Shown: piece by piece, positions 1 through 9,682 of the stretch | Layout of the letters: each line of letters starts with the position of its first letter | Position numbering within the stretch: the stretch's first letter is position 1 | Assembly (NCBI GenBank): GCA_934691225.1 | Contig: CAKUSQ010000001.1 | Coordinates: 390,001 to 422,000, forward strand | Length of the DNA: 32,000 nucleotides | From: an uncultured Opitutales bacterium | GTDB taxonomy: Bacteria; Verrucomicrobiota; Verrucomicrobiia; Opitutales; UBA9783 | Reading direction: 5' to 3' | Notes under the pieces: model-generated | Databases searched by the model: none | Told to the model about the DNA's origin: nothing | What the model saw: only the letters and a program-made list of their open reading frames with translations | Position numbers and translations under genes: made by a program

Positions 1-849
1 CAATGTTTTTGAGAAATCTAGATGCGTTTGCTGTTTTAATTCGTCTTGAATTAGGCTTGTAGCTTCTTCGATATTATTTTTTATCCATTGGGTTAATTCT
101 TTGTGCGCTTTTATGATATTCGCAGCTAAATTTCGATGGTTTTTGCAAAAAATTTGTGAACTTACGAGCAATGTTGTCCAATTGGTATCATCGCTGAAGA
201 ATACTACGCCCTCTCCTTCTTCAATGAGGCGAGATAACCAAGGTTCTATGGTCCAAGCACCATCAATTTGTTTCTTTTTGAAAAGTGTTAGTTGATCTGG
301 ATTAGCCGTTGGTAATAAGGATGGTAATTGTTTTAAGTTTTGTTTTTTAAACCATGCACGGCAGGCGATATCTTGCGTATTTCCAAATTGTGGGGTTGCA
401 ATTTTTTTGTCAGACCAATCTTCAGGTTTTTTTATAGATAATTGAGGTTGCACAACAAGTCCGGAACCTCCTTTGGCTGCACCTGTAAGGAGTCGAACTT
501 CTTTCATACCTGTACGCATGTATAAATTGATAGCGGGACTAGGACCGACATAGGATATATCTAAATTTCCCATAAGAATTCCTTCCATGGCCATAGCACC
601 CGTATTAAATCGTTGCCATTCGATTTTAATGTTTTCCGGTAAATACCGTTCAAACCAACCACGTTTTTGACGCGTAAGTGCTTGTGCTACAAGCGCTTGG
701 GGATGGGTTAAATTAGGGAAAAATCCTATACGGATACGAAATTGTTGTTTTGTTGTGTCGATAACGTTTGATGTGAAATGAAAAAATGCTTGGGCTGAAG
801 ATGTAAATCCAAGCAAAACAAAAAATATAACGTTCAAAATAGCTTGCAT
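1..849 (-). CDS. ABC transporter periplasmic substrate-binding protein, NitT/TauT (SsuA/TauA-like) family; 3' end runs off the window
   Basis: Hand translation of the minus strand from ATG (849-847): MQAILNVIFFVLLGFTSSAQA (signal peptide) ...RIRIGFFPNLTHPQALVAQ...GNLDISYVGPSPAINLY...IATPQFGNTQD. The frame stays open to position 1. Missing from the ORF track because it is truncated. Confidence 0.65.
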   Translation of the reverse strand, partial: MQAILNVIFFVLLGFTSSAQAFFHFTSNVIDTTKQQFRIRIGFFPNLTHPQALVAQALTRQKRGWFERYLPENIKIEWQRFNTGAMAMEGILMGNLDISYVGPSPAINLYMRTGMKEVRLLTGAAKGGSGLVVQPQLSIKKPEDWSDKKIATPQFGNTQDIACRAWFKKQNLKQLPSLLPTANPDQLTLFKKKQIDGAWTIEPWLSRLIEEGEGVVFFSDDTNWTTLLVSSQIFCKNHRNLAANIIKAHKELTQWIKNNIEEATSLIQDELKQQTHLDFSKTL

Positions 850-932
850 GAAGCAAATTTTAATAGTTTTGAAAATAAAGTAAAGCAAAATCTGTTATTG
901 TTAAAAATTAGATTAGGATTGGAAAATTTACG

Positions 933-961
933 TTTACATACGGTACTTTAATGATTAAACT
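933..961 (+). promoter_or_regulatory. Candidate sigma70-type promoter for the T3SS operon (TTTACA-17 nt-TAAACT)
   Basis: TTTACA at 933-938, 17-nt spacer, TAAACT at 956-961, 12 nt before the sctD ATG at 974. Motif match only. Confidence 0.3.
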
Positions 962-973
962 GGAATAAGAAAG

Positions 974-2341
974 ATGCAAGAACAAGACATACAAGAAACG
1001 AAATCAAAAGCTCTGGTTTTAAGGATCTTATCGGGTCCTCATTCAGGAGCTGAAATTAATTTGCAGGAAAAACCTTTAACAATAGGTAAAGGAGACCAAT
1101 GTGATATTGTTTTGGTGGATGAAGCTTTAGCGGAGCAGCATGCGAAGATTTTTATAAAAGATGGGAATGTTTTTTGCAGTTCACAAGATGGGGATGTTTT
1201 TGTGGATGGTGTTGCCATTGAAGGTGAGCGAAAACTTATTGATTTTCAGCCAGTGGTTTGTGGTACAACTTTGTTCGCTATTGGTCCTAACGATGTAGTT
1301 TGGCCAACGATCGAGGCTCCACAGAAGCAAATTGTTCCTGAAAAAAAGGATTTAGCTGAGGAAGGTTCGGAAGAAAAAGTATCACTAGAAACGAAGTCAA
1401 AAGGAAAGAAATTTAGATTGAGAAAGTTGGTAGCGTTTTCTTTTTTGATCATTATCACCTTATCGTTTGGTTGCTTATATTTCTTTAGACCTAAGACTGA
1501 AAAAGTGTTACCAGAGGTTTCAAGGACTTTTCCTATTGTGGCGTTAAAGAAATCGATAGAAGATGTTTTGAAAAAAAATTCTGTTAACATGAAACATGTG
1601 AAAATAAGTCTTAGTGGGCAGAAATTTATTTTGCAGTGTTATGTTAATTCTTCTGTTTTGAAGTCGGTTTTAGAAAAAGAATTGAAAGCATTACCGAAAG
1701 TTATGTTTCAATCGATGCATATTTATGTCCAATCGGTTATTGTTGAACAAGCTCAGGCGCTATTAAACAGTTTGCAAACGCTTACCGTAGCACCAGGTGC
1801 TGAATTGGATGGTGTGATTTTAAAGGGATATTTGTATTCCATAGATGTATTACCAACGATTAAAAATCGTTTACTTTCAGAAATAAATGGACTTAATGGA
1901 ATCGCTACAAACTTATTGAGTCCGGATGAGATCTACGATTTGGCATCAAATTTGCTTTCACAATATAATTTGATGGGATTATTAAAAGTACAGCCTATGC
2001 GAACCGGTTTAATGGTGATGGGAAACATTCAAGCTTCAGATGAACCTCGGTGGAAAGAAGCACAAAAAGCATTAAAGAAGAATTTTAGTGGGATATGCAA
2101 AGTTTTATCTTACGTAGCGGTTGTAGCACCTCAGGCTGTAAAGAAACTTTTTTTCCCATCCCCCATTACAACGGTTTCTATTCCTGACAATGAAAAACCG
2201 TGGATTGATTTGAAAAATGGGGATCGTTATTTTGAAGGGACTATGTTGCCTTCGGCTTACAAAATTGAATCGATTACGACCGAAGGAATTCGAATTCAAA
2301 AAAATGATGATGTAGTATTTTTTACCCTTGCGGAGTTATAA
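974..2341 (+). CDS. sctD: T3SS inner-membrane ring protein SctD (YscD-like)
   Basis: N-terminal FHA-like domain (LRILSGPHSGAEINL...LTIGKGDQCDIVLVDEALAEQHAKIF), a single TM segment (LVAFSFLIIITLSFGCLYFF) and a ~270-aa periplasmic domain. First gene of a Ysc-ordered cluster. Confidence 0.8.
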   Translation: MQEQDIQETKSKALVLRILSGPHSGAEINLQEKPLTIGKGDQCDIVLVDEALAEQHAKIFIKDGNVFCSSQDGDVFVDGVAIEGERKLIDFQPVVCGTTLFAIGPNDVVWPTIEAPQKQIVPEKKDLAEEGSEEKVSLETKSKGKKFRLRKLVAFSFLIIITLSFGCLYFFRPKTEKVLPEVSRTFPIVALKKSIEDVLKKNSVNMKHVKISLSGQKFILQCYVNSSVLKSVLEKELKALPKVMFQSMHIYVQSVIVEQAQALLNSLQTLTVAPGAELDGVILKGYLYSIDVLPTIKNRLLSEINGLNGIATNLLSPDEIYDLASNLLSQYNLMGLLKVQPMRTGLMVMGNIQASDEPRWKEAQKALKKNFSGICKVLSYVAVVAPQAVKKLFFPSPITTVSIPDNEKPWIDLKNGDRYFEGTMLPSAYKIESITTEGIRIQKNDDVVFFTLAEL

Positions 2342-2346
2342 TATTT

Positions 2347-2559
2347 ATGGACACAAAAGATATACACTTAACAGAAATGGCGCGTGATTTGCAAAAAGAT
2401 CATACGGGCGCATATCGTCGGCAATTGTTGGAGATTTTGTTTAATTATCGTCAACAATTTAAAAACAATCAAAACAATGAGGCGTTGGCACCGGGAGCTT
2501 GTAAAAGTATTCAGCAGGTTTTTTCTTGTGCAGAAACCATTTTAAGTGTGGAGGGTTAA
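2347..2559 (+). CDS. Small helical protein in the YscE position (putative needle-subunit co-chaperone)
   Basis: 70 aa, directly upstream of the needle gene as in yscD-E-F-G. Assigned by size and synteny only. Confidence 0.4.
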   Translation: MDTKDIHLTEMARDLQKDHTGAYRRQLLEILFNYRQQFKNNQNNEALAPGACKSIQQVFSCAETILSVEG

Positions 2560-2562
2560 AAA

Positions 2563-2889
2563 ATGGCTATAAATCAAGTTAATATTAATGTTCCTGCTTC
2601 AGAACCGACTGATTATAATTTTTATGATAGTGTATGGGATCAAAACACAGTTGTTACAATAGATATCGCTGCAGAAACTATTTGTCCTTTATTAGCTAAA
2701 GGGGAGACGGAAATTAATAAATTATTAGGAGAATTAGCAACCATAGATCCTGGACAGTTAGATCAGAGTCGTTTGATGAAAGCACAAATGGGTATGTCTC
2801 GGTGGCAGTTAGCAGCACAGATATTATCGAATTTCGTTTCAGGTGTTGGAACAGGTTTGAAAAATACCGTACAGAATGTAGGAAGGTAA
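2563..2889 (+). CDS. sctF: T3SS needle filament protein SctF
   Basis: 108 aa. The C-terminal half (IDPGQLDQSRLMKAQMGMSRWQLAAQILSNFVSGVGTGLKNTVQNV) fits the needle-family helix-turn-helix pattern (DP..L..LQ....W....). GGAGGG Shine-Dalgarno upstream. Synteny supports it. Confidence 0.7.
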   Translation: MAINQVNINVPASEPTDYNFYDSVWDQNTVVTIDIAAETICPLLAKGETEINKLLGELATIDPGQLDQSRLMKAQMGMSRWQLAAQILSNFVSGVGTGLKNTVQNVGR

Positions 2890-2895
2890 TAGGTT

Positions 2896-3345
2896 ATGCA
2901 TAAAGATTTAATCCCATTGGAAGCCATTCATTTCATAGCTAATGTAGGTTTAGTTGGAATTGAAAAAGGAATGTTTAATGAGTCGATGGTTATTTTTGAT
3001 GCGATTGTAAAAATGTATCCTGAAGATTTAAATGCTAAGATCCTGCAGGGTATGGGTGAGGTTTTCATGGGGAAGTTGGTGCAAGGTACACAGAAATTGT
3101 TTGAGGTTTTAAAACAAGATCCAGAAAACGATAGAGCCAAGGCTTTTGTTGCTGTAGCCATGCGTTTGGGGCAGGTTGATGAAGAAGCAAAAGCATTGAT
3201 ACAGCATCTTTTACAACATGCAAAAGATCCAGATGCTTTATCATTAGCTCAAGAATTGCAAGATTCTTATAAATTAGAAATGAAACCGCAGCAGCTAAAT
3301 GCTGAACAGGCTGGGAAGGTAACGAAAGAGGCGTATGTCTATTGA
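2896..3345 (+). CDS. TPR-like T3SS chaperone in the YscG position
   Basis: 149 aa, helical and TPR-like (GMGEVFMGKLVQGTQKLFEVLKQDPENDRAKAFVAVAMRLGQ). Lies between needle and inner-rod genes. Could instead be a class II translocator chaperone. Confidence 0.4.
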   Translation: MHKDLIPLEAIHFIANVGLVGIEKGMFNESMVIFDAIVKMYPEDLNAKILQGMGEVFMGKLVQGTQKLFEVLKQDPENDRAKAFVAVAMRLGQVDEEAKALIQHLLQHAKDPDALSLAQELQDSYKLEMKPQQLNAEQAGKVTKEAYVY

Positions 3346-3757
3346 GGGAAATGTACTTTCAAATACGTTTGCTAACAATGCGGCTGAAAATGCTTATCAG
3401 AATACTTTAACTACACGCGGTGATCTTCATTTAGATGCGCGTGAATTCAATATAGAAGTGTCAGACCCTTTGCCAAATGCAGAGGTTTTGCCTAAAGTGA
3501 ATGGTATTGTGGCTTCGAGTGAAATGAGTCCAGGAGATGAAATTTTGGATTCGTTACAAAAAATTTCTGATAATCATCAGCAAAAAACACAAAGCTTGTT
3601 AGATGCGGTAGAACGTACGAAAGATGAGGGTTTAACAGTTTCGAATTTAGTAACGATGCAAACCAAATTGATGGAACAGCAACTTACAAATGAAATTATT
3701 TCTAAGTCGGCTAATTCATTATCTCAAGGTGTGCAAACATTGCTAAGAAATCAATAA
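3335..3757 (+). CDS. sctI: T3SS inner rod protein SctI
   Basis: 140 aa. C-terminus LVTMQTKLMEQQLTNEIISKSANSLSQGVQTLLRNQ matches the conserved SctI/PrgJ-type C-terminal helix. Sits immediately before sctJ and overlaps the upstream gene by 11 nt. Confidence 0.6.
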   Translation: MSIEGNVLSNTFANNAAENAYQNTLTTRGDLHLDAREFNIEVSDPLPNAEVLPKVNGIVASSEMSPGDEILDSLQKISDNHQQKTQSLLDAVERTKDEGLTVSNLVTMQTKLMEQQLTNEIISKSANSLSQGVQTLLRNQ

Positions 3758-3758
3758 A

Positions 3759-4526
3759 ATGATGCGTTGGAATTTAGGTTGGTTACTGCTTTCATTGGTA
3801 TTAACCGGTTGTGGACAACAAACGTTGTATACAGGTTTACCAGAAAAAGAAGTGAATGATATGGTCGCAATACTGTTATCTAATAATATCAGTTGCGATA
3901 AAGTTTCTGGAGCAGAAAATACGTGGAATGCGATGGTTGATAAATCACAATTTTCACAGGCTGTTCAATTGTTGAATGAGGCGGGTTATCCCAAAGATAC
4001 ATTTTCTTCGTTGGGTGATGCTTTTAAAAAATCAGGGCTTGTGTCATCACCTACGGAAGAACGTATTCGTTTTATGCATGCTTTATCGGAAGAATTATCC
4101 GAAACGTTAACACATATACATGGCGTTGTAACTGCTCGTGTACATATCGTTTTACCAGATAATGATCCTTATACAGATAAAGTAACCCCTTCATCAGCTT
4201 CTGTTTTTATTTCTTATTTACCGCAGATTAACTTGGATGATTGTTCGCGCGATATTCGACAATTGGTGACAAATAGCATTGAAGGGTTATCTTACGATAA
4301 AGTTACATTGTCTATGTTCCCAGCTTCTAATCCTAATGAACGTTTACCTTTATCATCCAATACAACTAAACCGGCTTTAAAAAATGTTTTAGGGGTTAAT
4401 GTGAGCGATAGTTCGTTCTTAAATATGGTGTTGTTGCTCATAGGGTGTTTAGTTGTAGGAATTGTTTTGGGTGTAGGTATTCGTTCATTAAAACGACCAA
4501 AAGAAAATGAAATAAGCAATGAGTGA
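3759..4526 (+). CDS. sctJ: T3SS inner-membrane ring lipoprotein SctJ (YscJ/FliF family)
   Basis: Lipobox LVLTGC, conserved YscJ-like core (EKEVNDMVAILLSNNISCDK...VVTARVHIVLP) and a C-terminal TM segment (VLLLIGCLVVGIVLGVGI). Confidence 0.9.
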   Translation: MMRWNLGWLLLSLVLTGCGQQTLYTGLPEKEVNDMVAILLSNNISCDKVSGAENTWNAMVDKSQFSQAVQLLNEAGYPKDTFSSLGDAFKKSGLVSSPTEERIRFMHALSEELSETLTHIHGVVTARVHIVLPDNDPYTDKVTPSSASVFISYLPQINLDDCSRDIRQLVTNSIEGLSYDKVTLSMFPASNPNERLPLSSNTTKPALKNVLGVNVSDSSFLNMVLLLIGCLVVGIVLGVGIRSLKRPKENEISNE

Positions 4527-5166
4527 AGCGGTTTTACAGTCATTGAATGTGCTTAAAAAAATGGTGCATGTGAATGTATATGAAGAGATACATCCTTCAT
4601 TTTTAGTGCGATTTTTACCTAGTACTTGGAAAAATTTGCCTAATTTCACTAATGCAAGTCTACGTTTTAGGTCGCAATGGTTACTGAATAAATCGCTGAA
4701 CGTTCAGCCAGTTACATTGGATTTATGTGAACATCCGTACATGCAGTTATTGGATATTTCGTATGAAAGTTGGTTATGTTTAGAAAAGGTATGGGGGGCT
4801 ATTTATTGGACGCATGAAATAAAAAAATTGGTAAATCGACAAGATAAAGAGGACTTATTAAGGTATTTAACGCAGGAGATTTATGTTTTTGTATTAAAAA
4901 TGGGCGATCTTTATGCTCCGATTTTGAATACCATTCCTTTAGTAAATGTGCCTGATAAATTAAACGAGCGAATAACCAGCGCAGGTCGGTTTTTATTGGA
5001 GTATCTATGGGCGCAACAACCAGAGCCTTTGGTTCAGCGATTTGTTTTGAAAATGCCATTGGGTATACCTTGGAATTTCAGGCACGTTGTAGATCCTGTT
5101 TTACAGCACAGATTGATGGGTTTATGCAAACGATTGTTAATGCAACTAAGTGAACATTTATGTTAA
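4519..5166 (+). CDS. sctK: T3SS sorting-platform protein SctK (by position)
   Basis: 215 aa between sctJ and sctL, overlapping both (8 nt and 7 nt). No recognisable motif; size and synteny only. Confidence 0.5.
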   Translation: MSEAVLQSLNVLKKMVHVNVYEEIHPSFLVRFLPSTWKNLPNFTNASLRFRSQWLLNKSLNVQPVTLDLCEHPYMQLLDISYESWLCLEKVWGAIYWTHEIKKLVNRQDKEDLLRYLTQEIYVFVLKMGDLYAPILNTIPLVNVPDKLNERITSAGRFLLEYLWAQQPEPLVQRFVLKMPLGIPWNFRHVVDPVLQHRLMGLCKRLLMQLSEHLC

Positions 5167-5795
5167 TTTTACAAACATCTAAGAAATTTTGTCCCCATAC
5201 GCGCATTGTACGCTGTGAGGATTACGCTATTTTTGAACAGGCAGAAAACATTCTTGAATCAGCAAAAAATAAGCGAAAAAAATTGTTAGAACAAGCAGAT
5301 TTGCAAATCGCTTTGTTAAAAGAAAATGCAAAAAAAGATTTGGAAAAACTGAAAAAAGAAGTTGAAAATGCGCAAGAAAAACAATGTCAAGAGCGAAAAA
5401 TAGAGCTTTTATTTTCGATGCTAGGAAAAGGCGTTGAGTTTTTTTCGCATATAGAGGGAATTTTTGTTCAAACATTAAAATCGTTATTTATAAAAATTTT
5501 GGGTGAATGTCCTCCTGAGGAACGCATGTATAAATTGGTAAAAAATACCATAAAAACGCTTCCTAACAGTAAATTGTTGCACATTTCTGTCCACCCTGAC
5601 CAGGTAGGTTTAGTAAATGAACATGTAAAAGAGTTGATAAGCTTGCAACCCTCATTGGAGCGTATAGAGGTAATGCCTAGCAAGACATTAGCGTTAGATG
5701 AATGTGTTCTTGAAACAGAAACAGGCATTTTTGATGCTGGTGTAAAGGTACAATTAGAATCGCTTATTAAAGCAATTCAATCAACATTGCATTAA
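5160..5795 (+). CDS. sctL: T3SS ATPase stator/regulator SctL (YscL/FliH-like)
   Basis: 211 aa. N-terminal charged coiled coil ([44 protein letters not shown]) typical of YscL/FliH. Directly precedes the ATPase gene. Confidence 0.75.
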   Translation: MLILQTSKKFCPHTRIVRCEDYAIFEQAENILESAKNKRKKLLEQADLQIALLKENAKKDLEKLKKEVENAQEKQCQERKIELLFSMLGKGVEFFSHIEGIFVQTLKSLFIKILGECPPEERMYKLVKNTIKTLPNSKLLHISVHPDQVGLVNEHVKELISLQPSLERIEVMPSKTLALDECVLETETGIFDAGVKVQLESLIKAIQSTLH

Positions 5796-5799
5796 ACTT

Positions 5800-7125
5800 A
5801 TGGCAGGAATTTGGACAAATAACTTTTTTGAACGCGCTATTCAGGTGACGCCTTCTGTGATCGCCAAAGGTAAAGTATTGGAAGTTACAGGGAGTATGAT
5901 CAAAGCCTTTGTTCCAGGGGTAAAAATTGGTGAACTGTGTACGTTGCTTAATCCCAATGATAAAAGTGAATCGCTTGCTGAAGTGGTTGGATTTGTCCAG
6001 GAAGCTGCCCTATTAACACCGTTGGGCGAAGTCAATGGTATTTCTTCTTCAACACAAGTAATTCCTTCAGGTCGCACGCATAGCGTTCCAGTTGGTCCAG
6101 GATTATTAGGGCGTGTTTTGGATGGTTTAGGTAACGTGAGTGATGAAGCAACACGTGGGCCTTTTGTGCCAGAAACTTATTATCCTGTTTATGCAGATCC
6201 GCCGCCACCTATGACACGTAAACCGATCGATAAACCTATGTCGTTAGGAATTCGTGCTTTAGATGGTTTATTGACGTGCGGAGAAGGCCAACGTCTTGGT
6301 ATTTTTGCGGCAGCTGGTGGAGGCAAAAGTACTTTGTTGGCTCAGATTATTCGCAATACAGAAGCTGAAGTCACTGTATTGGCTCTTATAGGTGAACGTG
6401 GTCGTGAGGTTCGCGAATTTGTTGAAAAAGATTTAGGTGAAGAGGGATTAAAGCATTCAGTCTTGGTAATTGCAACGTCAGATAGATCTTCAACAGAACG
6501 TTTAAAGGCAGCTTATGTAGCTACAAGCGTAGCAGAATATTTTAGAGATACAGGGAAAAAAGTATTGTTGTTGATGGATTCTGTAACACGTTTTGGTCGA
6601 GCGCAGCGTGAAATTGGTTTAGCTGCTGGAGAACCACCTACACGTCGAGGATTTCCACCTTCTGTTTTTTCTACATTGCCACGATTGATGGAACGTGCAG
6701 GTCAATCAGAACGAGGTTCAATAACAGCGTTATATACGGTATTGGTTGAAGGTGATGATATGACAGAACCGATTGCTGACGAAACGCGTTCTATTTTAGA
6801 TGGGCATATTATTTTATCACGAAAATTAGCCAGTTCAAATCATTATCCCGCCATTGATATCCTTGCTAGCATTAGCCGTGTCATGAATGCAATTGTTACG
6901 CCGGAGCATTTAAAAGCTGCAGGAAAATTTAGGAAACTTTTAGCAAAATATCAAGAGGTTGAGTTGCTTTTACGCATTGGTGAATATAAAAAAGGGAACG
7001 ATGCAGAAGTCGATGAAGCCATTGAAAAAATGCCGCAATTGAATGCTTTTTTATGTCAAGATTTATCAGAACGCTCAACGTTTCAAGAAACTATCGATAG
7101 GATAATTCGAGAAGTGAACGCTTGA
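5800..7125 (+). CDS. sctN: T3SS ATPase SctN
   Basis: Walker [15 protein letters not shown], Walker [12 protein letters not shown], FliI/YscN-type core ([37 protein letters not shown]). Confidence 0.97.
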   Translation: MAGIWTNNFFERAIQVTPSVIAKGKVLEVTGSMIKAFVPGVKIGELCTLLNPNDKSESLAEVVGFVQEAALLTPLGEVNGISSSTQVIPSGRTHSVPVGPGLLGRVLDGLGNVSDEATRGPFVPETYYPVYADPPPPMTRKPIDKPMSLGIRALDGLLTCGEGQRLGIFAAAGGGKSTLLAQIIRNTEAEVTVLALIGERGREVREFVEKDLGEEGLKHSVLVIATSDRSSTERLKAAYVATSVAEYFRDTGKKVLLLMDSVTRFGRAQREIGLAAGEPPTRRGFPPSVFSTLPRLMERAGQSERGSITALYTVLVEGDDMTEPIADETRSILDGHIILSRKLASSNHYPAIDILASISRVMNAIVTPEHLKAAGKFRKLLAKYQEVELLLRIGEYKKGNDAEVDEAIEKMPQLNAFLCQDLSERSTFQETIDRIIREVNA

Positions 7126-7127
7126 TT

Positions 7128-7610
7128 ATGAAATATGAATTGCAGGATCTGTTGCGTGTGCGAGATCATCGAAAAGAGCGTGCGCAAGAAGATTTGTTGA
7201 AGGCAAAGCGTGCACGGCAAGAAGCAGAACTGCATTTGCAAGCTATGCAGAAACGATTGGACGATTTTATTGAAAAAAAGCCTATTTATATTCAAAAAAT
7301 TTACGATAAAGCTTTAGAAAAGGTTCAATTTAAGCGCAACTATGTTGATTTGGTAAATTTGAAAGTGAGTAAATTAGCCGAATGTCAAATGAAGCTTGCA
7401 ATTGAATTAGAAAAAGCTCAAAATAATTATAAAGCTGCTTGTGAAAAGGTTGAAGACTGTACCAAGATGTTGATGCGAGCTCAGGTTGAACTGAGTAAGA
7501 TAGAAGAACATAAAAAGATTTGGCAACAGGAAGCTAATGCCTTGGAGGAGTTGGCTCAGGACAAGGAACTCGAAGATTTTAAAACGAAGCCGAAAAATGG
7601 ACATAAATGA
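7128..7610 (+). CDS. sctO: T3SS stalk protein SctO
   Basis: ~160 aa, entirely coiled coil, immediately after sctN. I prefer the ATG at 7128 to the TTG at 7122 in the ORF track. Confidence 0.65.
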   Translation: MKYELQDLLRVRDHRKERAQEDLLKAKRARQEAELHLQAMQKRLDDFIEKKPIYIQKIYDKALEKVQFKRNYVDLVNLKVSKLAECQMKLAIELEKAQNNYKAACEKVEDCTKMLMRAQVELSKIEEHKKIWQQEANALEELAQDKELEDFKTKPKNGHK

Positions 7611-8625
7611 ACTTGCTATTGATTCAAAGGATCTAAATGCATCCGGTGTTGACCCTGCATGTGAGAATAATTCTGATAAATTAACGAAGACATGCGATGC
7701 AAACGATGTGGCGTTATTTGAAAAGAATCTTAACCATAAAATATCTTTAGAGCAGCCAACATGGAATGCAGAGGATTTGAATGAGTCGGACATTCTTTCG
7801 AAGTTAAAAGAAAATGTTGAAAATCCTAAAGATTCATTAGGAAAGCACTGTAAAGGAGTTATCGATGAAACCAAATCAGCTCCTGCGCAGCTAAGCGATA
7901 AAAGTGAAATAGAGAAATTTCTCAAAGGCAAAGATCATACCTTAACATCTATGAAATCTGATGTGCATGAACAAACTTCATCACATAAAATGGGTACAAA
8001 GTCGTATAGCACAAAGGAAACAGTTTTAGGTGATTTGAAATCAGATACAAAAGGTAAGGGGTTTGTGGATAAAATGAATGAAAATAGTCATCCTCAAATT
8101 TTAACTTTTTCGGAAGGGTCTTCTGAAAAATCGGATCATTCTTTGATCAATTCGAAACCAGTAGCAGATGCTTTAGTTTCGGTTTCTTCAAATACATTAA
8201 ATCCATTTAATATGGTTCCTCAAGTAAATACGGAGGTTAAGGAGGTTTATTCTTCACATTCAGCTTTTGTATCGCAACAAATCAAGGATCAAATTATTGA
8301 TAGAATTTTAGTTTCAACCAATGATTTGAATACAGGTAAGCAGGTTAAAATTGTTTTTAATCCAACGTTATTAGAAGCCACGGAAGTAAATTTTAAGCAA
8401 GAAGGTCATTTGTTAAATATAGATTTCTTTTCGAAAAGTTCACAAAGTTTGCAATTTTTGCAGAATAATCAATTAGATTTGCAAGCTTACCTGCAAGATA
8501 ATTTAAAACAATTTAAAAACGTTGCTGTTTCTGTAACATCTGAAGAGGAAGTATCGCAAAATCCAAGGGATGGTCGTTCTAAAAATCGACAAGAATATCA
8601 AAGTTTAGATGATGATGAGCAATGA
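7597..8625 (+). CDS. sctP: T3SS needle-length regulator SctP (YscP/FliK-like)
   Basis: Ser/Asn/Lys-rich, low-complexity N-terminal two thirds. The C-terminal domain (QQIKDQIIDRILVSTNDLNTGKQVKIVFNPTLLEATEVNFKQEGHLLNIDF) resembles the T3S4 substrate-switch domain. Likely start is the ATG at 7597 (MDINE), overlapping sctO by 14 nt. Confidence 0.6.
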   Translation: MDINELAIDSKDLNASGVDPACENNSDKLTKTCDANDVALFEKNLNHKISLEQPTWNAEDLNESDILSKLKENVENPKDSLGKHCKGVIDETKSAPAQLSDKSEIEKFLKGKDHTLTSMKSDVHEQTSSHKMGTKSYSTKETVLGDLKSDTKGKGFVDKMNENSHPQILTFSEGSSEKSDHSLINSKPVADALVSVSSNTLNPFNMVPQVNTEVKEVYSSHSAFVSQQIKDQIIDRILVSTNDLNTGKQVKIVFNPTLLEATEVNFKQEGHLLNIDFFSKSSQSLQFLQNNQLDLQAYLQDNLKQFKNVAVSVTSEEEVSQNPRDGRSKNRQEYQSLDDDEQ

Positions 8626-9680
8626 TGGAACGTTTTAAACCAAGATGCTTTTTGTCTGCATTTCATATGCGTTTAAGTCAATTGTGGTACGGTATTATTC
8701 CATTTAATTGGCAAGAAAGTGCATGTTCTTTGCAACTTAATGATGCGATTGCTTTTACGGATGGATTGGAATTGACGTATCTTTGGCGAGAGAAAGAAAT
8801 TCGTATATATTTGCCACAGGAAAATTTTTGTACATTTTTAGATCCTGCCCTGAGTGGTTTAAATGTTGCTGAAATTGTAGAAGATTGGCGAAATGTATTT
8901 TTTCAGGCAGCGCGGACTACTATTGAAGAGATTTTTTTTCAATTGGGGGAAAAATTAGCATTTAAATCAACGCGTTGGATTTCTCAGGAAAACAGTACCA
9001 TGATGAGTTTGCAGATAAATAAGGAATCAACGCCTTTTTATTGTTTAGGTATTCCGGTGTGTGATGGGAATGAAAGTTTTTTTTCTTATTTTTTTAGAAA
9101 AAACTGCCCAAAAAATACTTTAGATTGGTCATGGTTAACATTTCCTTTTCATGTGGAAAATGGAAACGTTTCACTTTCCATAAATGAATTACGTTCTTTG
9201 CGATGTGGAGATGTTATTTTGGTACCGGAATGTAATCAAAAATTGCGCTTTCATTGGCAAAATTTATTTTTCGAAGGAACAATTGAAGATAAAACCGTTT
9301 GTGTAAAAACAATGATTATGGAAGAAGAAAATGATTTACCTGTTGGCATTATTCCTGAAGATAATGTTCCAACAGACAACAAGGAAGTGAGTGAAGATGT
9401 ATCATCAATAGATAATGCAACGGAAGGACAAACAGCTGCGATAGATCCTACTGTTTCTATTGATCAATTGCCAGTTAACATAACGTTTGATGTTGGACGA
9501 AAACAACTCACGGTTGAGCAACTAAAGCAATTGCATGAAGGTTACACTTTTGAACTTGATTGTCGTGTAGATGAAGATGTTAAAATTTTAGCAAATGGAC
9601 AATGCATTGGGCAAGGCGAATGGGTTCAAATTGAGGATCGTTTAGGTGTTCGGATTACACATTTATCGCTAAAAGCTTAA
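8622..9680 (+). CDS. sctQ: T3SS cytoplasmic-ring/sorting-platform protein SctQ
   Basis: C-terminal SpoA (FliN-like) domain LPVNITFDVGRKQLTVEQLKQLHEGYTFELD...ILANGQCIGQGEWVQIEDRLGVRITHL. ATGA overlap with sctP. Confidence 0.85.
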   Translation: MMERFKPRCFLSAFHMRLSQLWYGIIPFNWQESACSLQLNDAIAFTDGLELTYLWREKEIRIYLPQENFCTFLDPALSGLNVAEIVEDWRNVFFQAARTTIEEIFFQLGEKLAFKSTRWISQENSTMMSLQINKESTPFYCLGIPVCDGNESFFSYFFRKNCPKNTLDWSWLTFPFHVENGNVSLSINELRSLRCGDVILVPECNQKLRFHWQNLFFEGTIEDKTVCVKTMIMEEENDLPVGIIPEDNVPTDNKEVSEDVSSIDNATEGQTAAIDPTVSIDQLPVNITFDVGRKQLTVEQLKQLHEGYTFELDCRVDEDVKILANGQCIGQGEWVQIEDRLGVRITHLSLKA

Positions 9681-9682
9681 TT

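Noticed and set aside
101-295. 64-aa plus-strand ORF at the window start
   Set aside because: It lies antisense within the well-supported substrate-binding protein gene that runs on the minus strand from 849 to the window edge.
7407-7931. 174-aa minus-strand ORF inside sctO/sctP
   Set aside because: It is antisense to two syntenic T3SS genes and low-complexity. It is a typical shadow ORF. The same reasoning applies to 1246-1590, 2105-2299, 2928-3161, 4292-4543, 4799-5059, 5227-5728, 5841-6077 and 7083-7295.
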